Positions 9,551 to 19,702 of a stretch of DNA of 64,000 nt are shown here, one piece after another; position 1 is the stretch's first letter; the number at the start of each line of letters is the position of its first letter. The notes under the pieces were generated by a model. That model did no database searches. It was not told the DNA's origin and saw only the letters and a list, made by a program, of their open reading frames with translations. The DNA comes from Sneathiella sp. (GTDB taxonomy: Bacteria; Pseudomonadota; Alphaproteobacteria; Sneathiellales; Sneathiellaceae), in NCBI RefSeq assembly GCF_029233945.1, contig NZ_JARGOQ010000011.1, positions 100 through 64,099 on the forward strand, written 5' to 3'. The position numbers and the translations under genes were made by a program.

Positions 9551-9978
9551 TCACGCTTCAGTCAGAGGACCCGCACGGGGGCACCTTGCGGGATCTTGCA
9601 CCGGATCTGACGCCTATGCTGGATATCCTGTTTATCCTGCTGGTATTTTTTCTGTTGACCGTCGGAACCGTGCTGCGTTCGCTCGACTTGCAACTCCCTT
9701 CCGCCGTTGAGGAAGAATTAGAGCAAATGAATGAGCCCCGGCATCTCATGCTTGAAATCCGGGAAGGTTCCTACGCACTTGATGGTGAGGAGTTTGCTCA
9801 TTTTGTAGAGCTTAAAGAAGCGATCAAGAAGAGCCGGCTGGCTCAGCCGGATCATGAAATAATCGTCGCCGGTGATCGTCAGATTTCAATCGAAAAATTA
9901 CTCAAAGTGCTGACATACCTGCAGTCGCAAGGGATTGAGGCCGCTAATATTCTTATGCAAAAAGATACAAATCCATGA
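9547..9978 (+). CDS. exbD: ExbD/TolR biopolymer transport protein
   Basis: DLTPMLDILFILLVFF signature with conserved Asp. Confidence 0.92.
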   Translation: MITLQSEDPHGGTLRDLAPDLTPMLDILFILLVFFLLTVGTVLRSLDLQLPSAVEEELEQMNEPRHLMLEIREGSYALDGEEFAHFVELKEAIKKSRLAQPDHEIIVAGDRQISIEKLLKVLTYLQSQGIEAANILMQKDTNP

Positions 9979-10808
9979 TCAGAATTTTCACTATTTTATT
10001 TGTTTTCATTTCTGCGGCAGCGCATGCGGACGCGCCCAAGAAAATAGTCTCGGTGGGCGGTGCGCTCACAGAAACAATCTATGCCCTTGGTGCGGGAGAC
10101 CTTGTCGTCGGCAGCGATACGACAAGCTATTACCCCCCGGCCGCGGCCTCCGCGCCCAAGGTCGGATATATGCGGGCGCTGAGTGCGGAAGGGATTTTGT
10201 CGCTAAGCCCGGACCTTGTCGTATTATCTGAGGAATCAGGCCCGCCGAACGTGCTCGAACAATTGAAGAGTGCAGGGGTTCCCATGCTGGTCCTTGATGC
10301 GGGCCGCACGATTGAGGATGTGAAAGAAAACATTAAAATTCTTGCGAAGACACTGGATAAGCAAGGAGAAGGCGCCGATTTGATTGCGGGCATCAGCAAA
10401 GCCGAAACTGCTTTGAAAGCGGCCGTCGCCTTAGAGAAAACACCGAAATCAGTCATGTTCATTCTGCAGCATAGTGGGGGAGCCCCCATGGTTGCCGGAT
10501 CAAGAACCGCAGCGGACAGCGTCATCAAGCTGGCCGGTGCGACAAACGCCGTAACAGGATATGAGGGATATAAACCCCTGTCTCCGGAGGCGGCAACGAG
10601 TTTAGCTCCTGATATCTTGCTGGTGACGACCCAGGGGCTTGAGCAATCGGGGGGCAAAGCGTCGCTTTTGGCGGCTCCGGGAGTGTCGCTCACGCCAGCA
10701 GCAAAAAACGGGTATGTTGTAGCGATGGATGCCCTTCTGCTGCTCGGCTTCGGACCGCGGACGGCCGAAGCTGCCCTCGAACTAAATCGTCAACTGAATA
10801 ATCCATGA
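9975..10808 (+). CDS. hmuT: heme ABC transporter periplasmic binding protein
   Basis: signal peptide; SVGGALTETIYALG, DTTS, VGYMRALSAEGILSL (Tyr heme ligand), LLLGFGPR. Confidence 0.92.
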   Translation: MIRIFTILFVFISAAAHADAPKKIVSVGGALTETIYALGAGDLVVGSDTTSYYPPAAASAPKVGYMRALSAEGILSLSPDLVVLSEESGPPNVLEQLKSAGVPMLVLDAGRTIEDVKENIKILAKTLDKQGEGADLIAGISKAETALKAAVALEKTPKSVMFILQHSGGAPMVAGSRTAADSVIKLAGATNAVTGYEGYKPLSPEAATSLAPDILLVTTQGLEQSGGKASLLAAPGVSLTPAAKNGYVVAMDALLLLGFGPRTAEAALELNRQLNNP

Positions 10809-11848
10809 GCTTGCCCGAAAAGGCCGTTGGTATGCCGGTTTTCCTGAAACGGATAAAATTCTCGGCGTTGCCGCTACTTGGCCTTCTTCTGCTCGGGGCT
10901 GCCTTGGTTTCCGCGTCGATCGGGGCCGTTTCAATTCCACTTTCGGAGATTGTCGGAGGGACCCTGACGGACCAGCAGATGGCGGTTTTGAATTCCATCA
11001 GGTTTCCGCGTGTCTTGCTCGCTGTCATTGTCGGCGGGGCTTTGGCCGTATCCGGGGCCGCGATGCAGGGCCTGTTCCGTAACCCGCTCGCGGATCCGGG
11101 GTTAATCGGTATTGCGACAAGTGCGGCCCTGGCCGTTGCCATCGTCATTGTGCTGGCCGGGCCGATTGCCGGGTATTTCGGACTTTACGCCATGAGCGTG
11201 GCCGCGTTCACCGGCGCGCTTGCCGCCTGTTTTGTGATTTTCCGGTTCGCCAGGCTGACCGGAACCTTCTCGGTTACCTATATGCTCCTGACCGGTATTG
11301 CGATAAACGCCCTGTCGGCGGCGGGTGTGGGGTTCCTGACATTCCTGAGTGATGATCAACAGCTCAGAACCCTGACCTTCTGGACCATGGGGAGTCTCGG
11401 TGGGGCTTTGTGGGTGTCCGTTATTGTTGCCGCGACCATTATCATTCCATCTGCCTTGATCCTTGTTAAAAATGCGCGGGAACTCAATGTGCTATTGTTG
11501 GGAGAGAGTGAGGCGCGGTATCTTGGCGTTGACGTTGAGCGGTTGAAACGAAGGATCGTCGTCTGCACGGCGTTGTCGGTTGGCGCGGCGATTGCCGTGA
11601 GTGGGATCATCGGGTTTGTGGGTCTTGTGGTACCACATCTGATCCGATTGACCCTTGGTCCCGACCATCGCCTGCTTATCCCGGCCTCGGCCTTGCTGGG
11701 CGCGATCCTGTTACTGCTCGCCGATACTATCGCGCGAACGATTGTCGCGCCCGCGGAGATGCCCGTCGGTATTTTGACGAGTATGATCGGCGGGCCGTTT
11801 TTTCTCTGGCTGCTGGTCAAGCAATATTCCGGGAGGTTTGGCCTGTGA
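10805..11848 (+). CDS. hmuU: heme ABC transporter permease (FecCD family)
   Basis: QGLFRNPLADPG, EARYLGVDV, GIIGFVGLVVPH motifs. Confidence 0.92.
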   Translation: MSLPEKAVGMPVFLKRIKFSALPLLGLLLLGAALVSASIGAVSIPLSEIVGGTLTDQQMAVLNSIRFPRVLLAVIVGGALAVSGAAMQGLFRNPLADPGLIGIATSAALAVAIVIVLAGPIAGYFGLYAMSVAAFTGALAACFVIFRFARLTGTFSVTYMLLTGIAINALSAAGVGFLTFLSDDQQLRTLTFWTMGSLGGALWVSVIVAATIIIPSALILVKNARELNVLLLGESEARYLGVDVERLKRRIVVCTALSVGAAIAVSGIIGFVGLVVPHLIRLTLGPDHRLLIPASALLGAILLLLADTIARTIVAPAEMPVGILTSMIGGPFFLWLLVKQYSGRFGL

Positions 11849-12609
11849 TTAACGCAGAAAACATTGTTTATTCCATTGGCGGGCAGCGTATCCTCGCGAA
11901 TGTGTATGCGACCTTCACGCCCGGCAAAGTCACGGCGATCCTCGGCCCGAATGGCGCAGGAAAATCGACACTGTTGAAATGCCTGACCGGGGCGCTGAAA
12001 CCGGATGAAGGTAAAGTGTCCCTAGAGGGAAAGGACCTGCGGGATTATTCCCTGACGGAGCTGTCCCGTCGGCGTGCGGTTCTCTCGCAGGCAAATCCCA
12101 TCAGCTTTCCCTTTACGGCCCATGAAATTGTTGTGATGGGGCGCAATCCCTATTCGCTTGAGAAAACCACCGCCTCAAATGCGGAGATCGCGGATGAGGC
12201 TCTGACGCTTGTTGATGCCTGGCATCTACGGGACCGATCCTATCCGACTCTTTCCGGCGGGGAGCAGCAGCGGATTCAGTTCGCGCGGGTTCTGGCCCAA
12301 ATCTGGGAGCAGGAAGGCGCCTGCCTCTTTCTGGATGAGCCGACCTCTGCGCTTGACTTAAAACACCAGCATCAGCTGATGGATTTGGTGCAAAAACTTT
12401 GCGCCGAGAAAAATCTCACGGTTATCATCGTCATGCATGATCTCACTTTGGCCTATCATTGTACGGATCGTTGCTTTTTTATCCGGGAAGGATGGATTCG
12501 CGGTGGTGGTGAGTCCAAAAAGCTGATCACCGCCGATACTATTTCCGAGATATTTGACCTGCCGATGGAATATGCCGCCATGAGGTTCGGTATGGAACTC
12601 ACCGGTTAG
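11845..12609 (+). CDS. hmuV: heme ABC transporter ATP-binding protein
   Basis: GPNGAGKST Walker A, LSGGEQQR signature, LDEPTSALD Walker B. Confidence 0.92.
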   Translation: MINAENIVYSIGGQRILANVYATFTPGKVTAILGPNGAGKSTLLKCLTGALKPDEGKVSLEGKDLRDYSLTELSRRRAVLSQANPISFPFTAHEIVVMGRNPYSLEKTTASNAEIADEALTLVDAWHLRDRSYPTLSGGEQQRIQFARVLAQIWEQEGACLFLDEPTSALDLKHQHQLMDLVQKLCAEKNLTVIIVMHDLTLAYHCTDRCFFIREGWIRGGGESKKLITADTISEIFDLPMEYAAMRFGMELTG

Positions 12610-12791
12610 CTCATCCCATCCTTCTATGCTTTGGGGAAATTCGCCTTTGGATTAGCATGCCTTGCCGCCGGTTCGGGCGGGCAGTTGGAAGGGCGAAATG
12701 TCAGGGCAGGACAAGAAAAACCCGGAAATTATTGTGATCGGTGCAGTGACAATCGCCGAAGGCGCTCTTAAGCGCGTAAATGGCCGGATGA

Positions 12792-12823
12792 CGTCATCTG
12801 AGATGCCGGGTCTCGGCATGACG
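12792..12823. repeat. degenerate alphaproteobacterial REP-like palindromic element
   Basis: CGTCATctgagATGCCGggtctCGGCATGACG: terminal inverted repeat plus inner hairpin, resembling the GGATGCCGGGTCAAGCCCGGCATGAC repeat type (recalled, not searched). Confidence 0.4.
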
Positions 12824-12948
12824 CGGGTTGGGAGAGCCGGTCCTGATCCTCTCCTGATCAGTACGCTTGCGCAGGGCTAGGGTAAGCGCGTAAAATTGAT
12901 GCAGAGCAATCTTCCGGGATCACCGCATCAACAGAAAGAAGAGAAGAA

Positions 12949-13842
12949 ATGTCAAAAATTTCCGCAAACGGTATCGAAATTGAATATGAAACCTGGGGGG
13001 ATGCCTCCAATGATCCTTTTGTTCTCGTCGGCGGGGTCGGCGTACAGCTCACTGCCTGGAACGAGACCTTCATCAAGGCGCTGGTCGAGGCAGGATTTTA
13101 TGTCGTTGCCTATGATAACCGCGATGTTGGGCTTTCCACAAAATTTGATGACTGGGGGCCGGCAGATATTCCTGCGGCCTTTGCACAAGCACGGGCGAAG
13201 GAAAAGGTTTCTGCGCCCTATACGTTGGAGGATATGGCCGATGATGCGGCGGAGCTGATCGCGGCGCTTGGGGTAGAAAAGGCGCATATCCTTGGAAGCT
13301 CGAACGGCGGTGCTATCGCGCAAACCCTTGCCTACCGGCGACCGGAATGCGTGAAATCGCTGGTCTCGGTCATGGCGACGTCCGGACGACGGGGATTGCC
13401 GCGCCCGACGGAAGCAGCTGCCAAATGGCTCAACCAGCTGCGTAATCCTGCCGGAACCCGGGAAGGCGCGGTGGAAGATGCCGTTGCGACCGCGAAGACA
13501 ATTGGCAGCCCAGCGTTCCCCGTGGATGAAAAGATTCTAGGGGAACGTGCGATCGCCCTTTTCGAGCGTTCCTACTACCCCGAAGGGAACGGACGCCATC
13601 TCCTCGCGAGCCTTGCCTCAGGCGATAGCAGGGTGGCGCATTTGTCAGAGATTACCGCACCTGTACTCGTTATTCACGGACGGGAAGACCCGCTTGTTCC
13701 GCTTGGCTGCGCAGAGGATGTGAAGAATTCAATCCCCGGCGCGGAGATTGTTGTGATCGACGGGATGGGGCATGACATTCCGGACGAAGCCGTGCCGACC
13801 ATGGTTGACGCGATTTTAAAGAACGCGAAAAGGACGAGCTAA
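12949..13842 (+). CDS. alpha/beta fold hydrolase (esterase-like)
   Basis: YDNRDVGLS, GSSNGG nucleophile elbow, HGREDPLV Asp, GMGHD His. Confidence 0.9.
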   Translation: MSKISANGIEIEYETWGDASNDPFVLVGGVGVQLTAWNETFIKALVEAGFYVVAYDNRDVGLSTKFDDWGPADIPAAFAQARAKEKVSAPYTLEDMADDAAELIAALGVEKAHILGSSNGGAIAQTLAYRRPECVKSLVSVMATSGRRGLPRPTEAAAKWLNQLRNPAGTREGAVEDAVATAKTIGSPAFPVDEKILGERAIALFERSYYPEGNGRHLLASLASGDSRVAHLSEITAPVLVIHGREDPLVPLGCAEDVKNSIPGAEIVVIDGMGHDIPDEAVPTMVDAILKNAKRTS

Positions 13843-13913
13843 CTGTTCATGTGACAAGCCTGTTTGATTGACGTAAACTCCCGGGAAACAGAGACATGAA
13901 CTGGGAGGAAATT

Positions 13914-15662
13914 ATGTCAACTGTGCAGGATACAGGGTCTGCGCCGCGCGCGGCGGAGCAACAGTTTCAGCCAATTATCTCGCCGATCAATAACCAGTCT
14001 TATGTGGCGGGGGAGAGAACACACGCGCTCCGGCGCGAGACAATCCCCCAGATGCTGAAGGAGACGGTCGCGAGATTCGGCGCGCGGGACGCGCTCGTTT
14101 TTCCGCAGCAGGGCCTCACTCTCACCTACGAGGAATTCGACCGGCAGGTCGATGCACTGGCGGCCGGGCTTGTCGCACTTGGGCTCAGCAAGGGAGATCG
14201 TATCGGGATCTGGTCGCCCAATAATCTCGAATGGATATTGACCCAATATGCGACGGCACGGATCGGTCTGATCCTCGTCAATATCAATCCGGCCTACCGC
14301 CTGTCGGAACTGGAATATGCGCTCAACAAATCGGGCTGCAAGGCGCTAATTGCGGCGGACAAGTTCAAGACGTCGGACTATCTCAAGATGATCCGGACGC
14401 TGGCCCCGGAACTGGAGCATTCCGAGCCAGGTCAGCTGAACGCCGCGAAGCTGCCCGCCCTCCAGATCGTTATCGGCATTCATGACAGCCCCGGTGCGGG
14501 GATGTACGCCTTCTCTGATATTGCGGGGCTTGTAGGCGCGGGAGAGCTGGCCGAACTCGATACGATTACGGGTAACCTGTCGCCCGATGATCCGATCAAT
14601 ATCCAGTTTACCTCCGGCACAACCGGTGCGCCCAAGGGCGCGACTCTGACCCATTACAACATCGTCAATAATGCGACCCATGTGGTCGGGCGGATGAATT
14701 TCACCGAGGCGGATCGGCTCTGTATTCCGGTGCCGCTTTATCACTGTTTCGGGATGGTGATGGGCTCTTTGGGCTGTGTCAGCACAGGAGCGGCGATGGT
14801 TTTCCCCGGCGAAGCCTTCGATCCGGCAGAAACTCTGCAGGCGGTTGCAAATGCGCGCTGCACGGCGCTTTACGGGGTTCCGACGATGTTTGTTGCCATG
14901 GTTGGTCATCCGCTCATCTCGGAACTTGATTTTTCCAGTCTGCGCACCGGGGTGATGGCGGGCGCGCCTTGTCCGATTGAGGTGATGAAGAAAGTCATCG
15001 ATCATATGCATATGTCGGAGGTCACGATTTGCTATGGGATGACCGAAACCTCCCCGGTGTCTTTTCAGAGCAATGTGGATGATCCGCTGAAGAAGCGGGT
15101 CTCTACCGTCGGCCGTATTCATCCGCATGTGGAGGTTCGCATTGTTGATGAAAATGGCGCGGATGTTCCCGTCGGCGCCCAGGGCGAGCTCTGGACGCGC
15201 GGTTATTCCGTAATGCGCGGCTACTGGGATGACGCGGAAAAAACAGGGGAGGCGATCGTTGATGGCGGGTGGATGCGCACAGGCGATCTCGCCGTTCTCG
15301 ATGAAGAGGGATACTGCCAGATCGTTGGCCGACTGAAGGACATGATCATTCGCGGTGGCGAGAATGTCTACCCGAGGGAGATTGAGGAATTCCTCTTTAC
15401 TCATCCGGATATTCAGGAAGTGCAGGTCTTTGGCGTGCCGGATGAAAAGTTCGGAGAGGAAGTCTGCACCTGGATCGTCACCCGTGCCGGATCAGCGCTT
15501 GATGAAGAGGGGGTGAAAGACTATTGCAGGGATCAGATTGCGCATTACAAGGTACCGCGCCATGTGCGGTTCGTCCCTGAACTGCCGATGACCGTCACCG
15601 GCAAGCCGCAGAAATTCATCATGCGGGATGAAATGATCAAGTTGCTGGATATTGAGAAATAA
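13914..15662 (+). CDS. AMP-dependent acyl-CoA synthetase
   Basis: [32 protein letters not shown] motifs; ATG 13914 preceded by GGAGGA (track start 13896). Confidence 0.92.
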   Translation: MSTVQDTGSAPRAAEQQFQPIISPINNQSYVAGERTHALRRETIPQMLKETVARFGARDALVFPQQGLTLTYEEFDRQVDALAAGLVALGLSKGDRIGIWSPNNLEWILTQYATARIGLILVNINPAYRLSELEYALNKSGCKALIAADKFKTSDYLKMIRTLAPELEHSEPGQLNAAKLPALQIVIGIHDSPGAGMYAFSDIAGLVGAGELAELDTITGNLSPDDPINIQFTSGTTGAPKGATLTHYNIVNNATHVVGRMNFTEADRLCIPVPLYHCFGMVMGSLGCVSTGAAMVFPGEAFDPAETLQAVANARCTALYGVPTMFVAMVGHPLISELDFSSLRTGVMAGAPCPIEVMKKVIDHMHMSEVTICYGMTETSPVSFQSNVDDPLKKRVSTVGRIHPHVEVRIVDENGADVPVGAQGELWTRGYSVMRGYWDDAEKTGEAIVDGGWMRTGDLAVLDEEGYCQIVGRLKDMIIRGGENVYPREIEEFLFTHPDIQEVQVFGVPDEKFGEEVCTWIVTRAGSALDEEGVKDYCRDQIAHYKVPRHVRFVPELPMTVTGKPQKFIMRDEMIKLLDIEK

Positions 15663-15743
15663 CCGGTTAATAGGATGATATCGGAATTAATATTTTAGAT
15701 TATAAAAATATATCAATATATTGATTTTAATCATATTTTTTAT

Positions 15744-16823
15744 TTATATTCTTAATTCAGATATCTTTTCATCAAATATTTTGGAAGCCCTACCCCATAC
15801 ACCGCTCTTAATATCAATGAGCGCAAGGAGAGAAGGAAGAAGCTGGGCGGCGTAATCCTCGCTGCTCTCCACCGGGAGCATGGAGGGCAGATTATCAATC
15901 GCCATCACATCGAGGGGCGACGTCCCGTCGCTGACACGGATAACCGGATTATCAAAGGATGTCGCGTGATCATAGATCGGGATGGGATTATAGGGACTGC
16001 CGGGATCGCAGGAGACATCGGCAATAACCGAAAGGCGACGTGGTGTCGTCAGTGCTGATTTGGGCACGAAAACGGGAACGCCTTCCTGCGCGAGAATACA
16101 GTTTACAAATATATCATGCGTTAATATTTCAGGATAGGGTCCGCCATGGGCGGTTTCGGCCATGTCCCATTTCGTCACTTTGAGGTTGAGCGCTTCGAAA
16201 CAATCGCTCGCGCCGTTACCGACGCGGCCAAGGGCACCAATGACGATCGCATTGGGTTTTTCACTTCCTGAATTGAGCGCGTGCGTCAGATCCTTTTTAA
16301 GGTTGTTGATTAAAACATCGCGCCCCGGATAAACATCGATCTTTTCCTGTCCGGGACCTTTGCCGAATTGCTCCGCGAGCCAGACCATCATGCCAACGGC
16401 AGCGCCGGCAAAGCCCGCCCAGTATCCGAAGGCGGCAACGCGGCGACCTGTCTCGTCCGTCAGATATTCCAGATCATAGAGTTTGCCGCCGCCTTTCTTG
16501 AACCGGCGGAGAAGGGCAGGGCCGTCCGCCTGTCCCTTGAAGGCATGGCCGAACATGATATGCCGGTGGACGAGCGGCGATGTCTCCACGGGGAGTTCCT
16601 TGAGGCCGAAGATGATCGCATCTTTGGGGGCGTTGGGCCAGCTTCCCTCCTCGGCGATTTCGCAGCCGGTTTCCCGATAGGAGGAAATGGGGATGGCACG
16701 ATTGCTGCTTTCTTCGACCGTTACCCGAAATCCGCCGGCTATCAGGGACCGGACACCCTCTGGCGTGATACCGACCCGCTGTTCATTTTCGCGCTGCTCC
16801 GCGCGGACCCATAGATGTGTCAT
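15744..16823 (-). CDS. saccharopine dehydrogenase (NAD+, L-lysine-forming), Lys1-like
   Basis: LWVRAEQR..EQRVGITP, GLKELP, YDLEYL, GRRVAAFGYWAGFAG, GALGRVG, IDNLPSMLP.ESS motifs of the Lys1/AlaDh-PNT fold. Confidence 0.88.
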   Translation of the reverse strand: MTHLWVRAEQRENEQRVGITPEGVRSLIAGGFRVTVEESSNRAIPISSYRETGCEIAEEGSWPNAPKDAIIFGLKELPVETSPLVHRHIMFGHAFKGQADGPALLRRFKKGGGKLYDLEYLTDETGRRVAAFGYWAGFAGAAVGMMVWLAEQFGKGPGQEKIDVYPGRDVLINNLKKDLTHALNSGSEKPNAIVIGALGRVGNGASDCFEALNLKVTKWDMAETAHGGPYPEILTHDIFVNCILAQEGVPVFVPKSALTTPRRLSVIADVSCDPGSPYNPIPIYDHATSFDNPVIRVSDGTSPLDVMAIDNLPSMLPVESSEDYAAQLLPSLLALIDIKSGVWGRASKIFDEKISELRI

Positions 16824-16837
16824 GCTTTTTCGTTCTC

Positions 16838-18346
16838 TCAGATATCGAAAGAGACACCCTGCGCAAGGGGGAGTTCTTTGGAGTAGTTAACGGTGTTGGT
16901 CGCGCGGCGCATATAGCCCTTCCAGGCGTCCGATCCGCTCTCACGCCCGCCACCGGTTTCCTTCTCCCCGCCAAAGGCGCCACCGATTTCAGCGCCCGAA
17001 GTGGCGATATTCACATTGGCGATGCCGCAGTCCGATCCCGCTGCGCTCAGGAACAGCTCCGCTTCCTGTATATCAAGGGTGAAGATGCAGGAGGAAAGGC
17101 CGGCACCCACCTCATTATGCATGGCGATGGCATCCTCCAGATCATCATACTTCACGACATAGAGGATCGGTGCGAAGGTCTCCTGCAGGACAACGCCTTC
17201 ATGCTTTGGGAGTTCGACGAGCGCAGGGCGGGCGTAATAGGCATTGGCGTGGCCATCCTCCACCCTCTCTCCGCCGGTTATTTCTCCACCGGCCGCCTTT
17301 GCGGCACCAAGGGCGGTCTGCATCTGGTCGAAGGCCTGCTTGTCAATAAGCGGTCCGACCAGCGCGCCGCTCGTCAGCGGGTTGCCGACGGAGACGGACT
17401 GATAGGCTTTCTTGAGCCCCGGCACCAGCTTGTCATAAACAGAGGAATGCACGAACAGGCGGCGCAAGGTGGTGCAGCGCTGTCCCGCTGTTCCCATGGC
17501 ACCGAAGGCAACGGCCCGCAAGGTCAAATCGATATTCGCACTCGGCGCGACGATGCCTGCATTGTTGCCGCCCAGCTCCAGAATGACGCGGCCAAATCGT
17601 TCCGCCACCTTGGGGCCGACAATTTTTCCCATCCGGGTGGAGCCGGTCGCGGAGATAAGGGCGATATCAGGGCTTTCCACAAGCGCCGCACCGACTTCCC
17701 CTGTGCCGTTAATGACCGACAGAAGCCCCTCCGGCGAGTCGCCGAAGCGATCCAGAGCGCGGGCCATGATCGCCATGCAGGCAAGCGCCGTGAGCGGCGC
17801 CTTTTCGGACGGTTTCCAGATCACCGGGTTGCCGCAGACAAGGGCGAGGGTTGTATTCCAGGACCAGACCGCAACCGGGAAATTAAAGGCAGAGATAACG
17901 CCAACCGGTCCGAGCGGATGCCATTGTTCCATCATCCGATGGCCCGGGCGTTCGGTCGCAATGGTCAGGCCATAGAGCTGGCGGGAGAGGCCAACGGCGA
18001 AATCGCAGATATCGATCATTTCCTGCACTTCGCCCGCCCCTTCGGACGGGATCTTTCCAACCTCAATCGAAACCAGTCGGCCAAGGTCGTCTTTGGCGGC
18101 GCGCAACTCCTCCCCGAACAGGCGGACAAGCTCACCCCGGCGCGGCGCGGGTACGGAACGCCAGACGGCAAAGGCGGCTTTGGCCTGTTGAATTGTGGCG
18201 GCGACATCTTCTGTGCTATCGCTTTTTACTGCCGCAATCTCCTCTCCGGTCAGCGGGCTTGTTACGCGCAAGTTTCCGCCGGTGTAGGAGGCTTCCTTCA
18301 CCCCGAGGCGCGAAAGCAGTTGGGTGGTTTCTTCAGCCATTTGCAT
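16838..18346 (-). CDS. amaB: ALDH7 family aldehyde dehydrogenase (alpha-aminoadipate semialdehyde / piperideine-6-carboxylate dehydrogenase)
   Basis: GEVQEMIDICDFAVGLSRQLYG, LELGGNNA, GQRCTT, GGEKETGGGRESGSDAWK. Confidence 0.88.
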   Translation of the reverse strand: MQMAEETTQLLSRLGVKEASYTGGNLRVTSPLTGEEIAAVKSDSTEDVAATIQQAKAAFAVWRSVPAPRRGELVRLFGEELRAAKDDLGRLVSIEVGKIPSEGAGEVQEMIDICDFAVGLSRQLYGLTIATERPGHRMMEQWHPLGPVGVISAFNFPVAVWSWNTTLALVCGNPVIWKPSEKAPLTALACMAIMARALDRFGDSPEGLLSVINGTGEVGAALVESPDIALISATGSTRMGKIVGPKVAERFGRVILELGGNNAGIVAPSANIDLTLRAVAFGAMGTAGQRCTTLRRLFVHSSVYDKLVPGLKKAYQSVSVGNPLTSGALVGPLIDKQAFDQMQTALGAAKAAGGEITGGERVEDGHANAYYARPALVELPKHEGVVLQETFAPILYVVKYDDLEDAIAMHNEVGAGLSSCIFTLDIQEAELFLSAAGSDCGIANVNIATSGAEIGGAFGGEKETGGGRESGSDAWKGYMRRATNTVNYSKELPLAQGVSFDI

Positions 18347-18480
18347 CGCATCTATTCCTTCTTTTGCTATGAGCTTCTGGCGATTGCTGCGTCGCCCTGT
18401 TGGGTTTACTTCTATCGTTTATTAACAAGATAGGAAAGAGCGGGAAAAAGGCGCCACTATTTTTTTGATTTTGGTATTGA

Positions 18481-19491
18481 TCAGAATGGGAGGGACAGGC
18501 TGATAGCGCCAAATTCATCGCCATTTGTCTGGCCTTTATATTCGCGCGACCGGAAGACATGGGTGAAGGCGAGCCGCGCCGACTTGATGGTCAGGGCAAC
18601 GCCTAGCTGTGCATCGGCGACAAGCGGTTCCTTGTCCACGCTGCGGCTGTCGGCCCAGGTGTTTCCGTCCAGGAAAATATTTCGCGCCACGGCTCGCGCA
18701 TCCAGCCCGGCGAAGAAATAGAGGCCGATATCATCCTGCTGCTCAAAAAAGCCGGAGCCGGGAAGGCCGGGCTGAATACGCGGCGGGCCATAATCGTTGG
18801 GCAGATTCCAGCCAAAGCGCAGTGTCGCGCCGGCATTGGCGTAAGTGTAGATATTACCAAGCGCTCCGCCGATATGCGGCGTGGCGTCAATTGAAAATCC
18901 GTTGATTTCCGTCGAGACAAGCGCCCGCCAACTCCGTTGATAAGTCAGGACCAACCCCGGCTCATTTTTAAGCTGGTAATTCCAGCCTTGCGGATCCGGG
19001 GAGTGAACAACCTCATGAACATATTCCTGAGTTTGCTCCGCGAGGGACGCAGGACCAACGATACCGAGCTGCAGTTGCAGTTGATCAAGCTGCGTCTCTC
19101 CTGTCTCGACAACTATGCCGACCGCGCCGTAAAGCCAACCCGCATAAGGGCGTTCATTGAGGGGCGGGTTCTGGTCCGAGATATCATTCGGTGTGTACAT
19201 ATTCTGGCCGACGGCGTAGCTCGACCGGACTTTGCCATTCTCCGGGAAGAAGGGGAGAAGCCGCGCCGCCTTCAGCGCCCATTGCGGGGCATAATCCGGC
19301 TCTGACATCCAGGCAAGCTGAATACCGTTTGTATAGTCCCTGTCGAGCCCGAAGAACAAATCATTCTCAAGGACGAGGGTAAAGGTGCCGGAATCCTCTG
19401 TCTCTGCCTCCGCCGCCTCATTGGCAAACGCCTGCGTGGCTGACGAGGACAGCAAGGCAAGGGCGGCTATGGCGGTTCGAAGCGATTTCAT
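18481..19491 (-). CDS. lpxR: lipid A deacylase LpxR family outer-membrane beta-barrel
   Basis: signal peptide; ENDLF..DRDYTNG, GQNMYTP, RPYAG, FLDGN motifs; C-terminal Phe. Confidence 0.88.
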   Translation of the reverse strand: MKSLRTAIAALALLSSSATQAFANEAAEAETEDSGTFTLVLENDLFFGLDRDYTNGIQLAWMSEPDYAPQWALKAARLLPFFPENGKVRSSYAVGQNMYTPNDISDQNPPLNERPYAGWLYGAVGIVVETGETQLDQLQLQLGIVGPASLAEQTQEYVHEVVHSPDPQGWNYQLKNEPGLVLTYQRSWRALVSTEINGFSIDATPHIGGALGNIYTYANAGATLRFGWNLPNDYGPPRIQPGLPGSGFFEQQDDIGLYFFAGLDARAVARNIFLDGNTWADSRSVDKEPLVADAQLGVALTIKSARLAFTHVFRSREYKGQTNGDEFGAISLSLPF

Positions 19492-19702
19492 CCGCAGGCT
19501 TTATCCGTAGATAATGGTGAGAATTTGTCCATATAGGTGCGATTTTGTAGCGGAGGGCCTTTGATTTGTCACGTGAAGAGATAAGGGCAGGTTATTTTGA
19601 TCGTTTTGCTGAGAGAGATTAGCCTATACTGATGGCAAAAGAGCAGGGCGGCGAAGATCACCAAATAACAAGCAACGCAAAAAAAGACCGGAGGAACAGG
19701 GA

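Noticed and set aside
12662-12880. 72-aa ORF containing IIVIGA (Rossmann-like)
   Set aside because: No GxGxxG continuation, overlaps the REP-like element, no other support.
13867-13880. TTGACGTAAAC upstream of the acyl-CoA synthetase as a LiuR-type box
   Set aside because: Only one half-site matches; equally explained as a -35 hexamer.
15712-15725. Perfect palindrome ATCAATATATTGAT in a very AT-rich convergent gap
   Set aside because: Low complexity makes chance likely, it is not upstream of any gene, and there is no att or IS evidence.
16817-18433. 538-aa plus-strand ORF, and similar long ORFs at 2269-3135, 3493-4431, 14346-15404, 27850-28923, 34859-35857, 41472-42779, 42922-44010, 46769-47809
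   Set aside because: Antisense shadows of well-supported genes with no recognisable motifs; expected from GC-rich codon usage.
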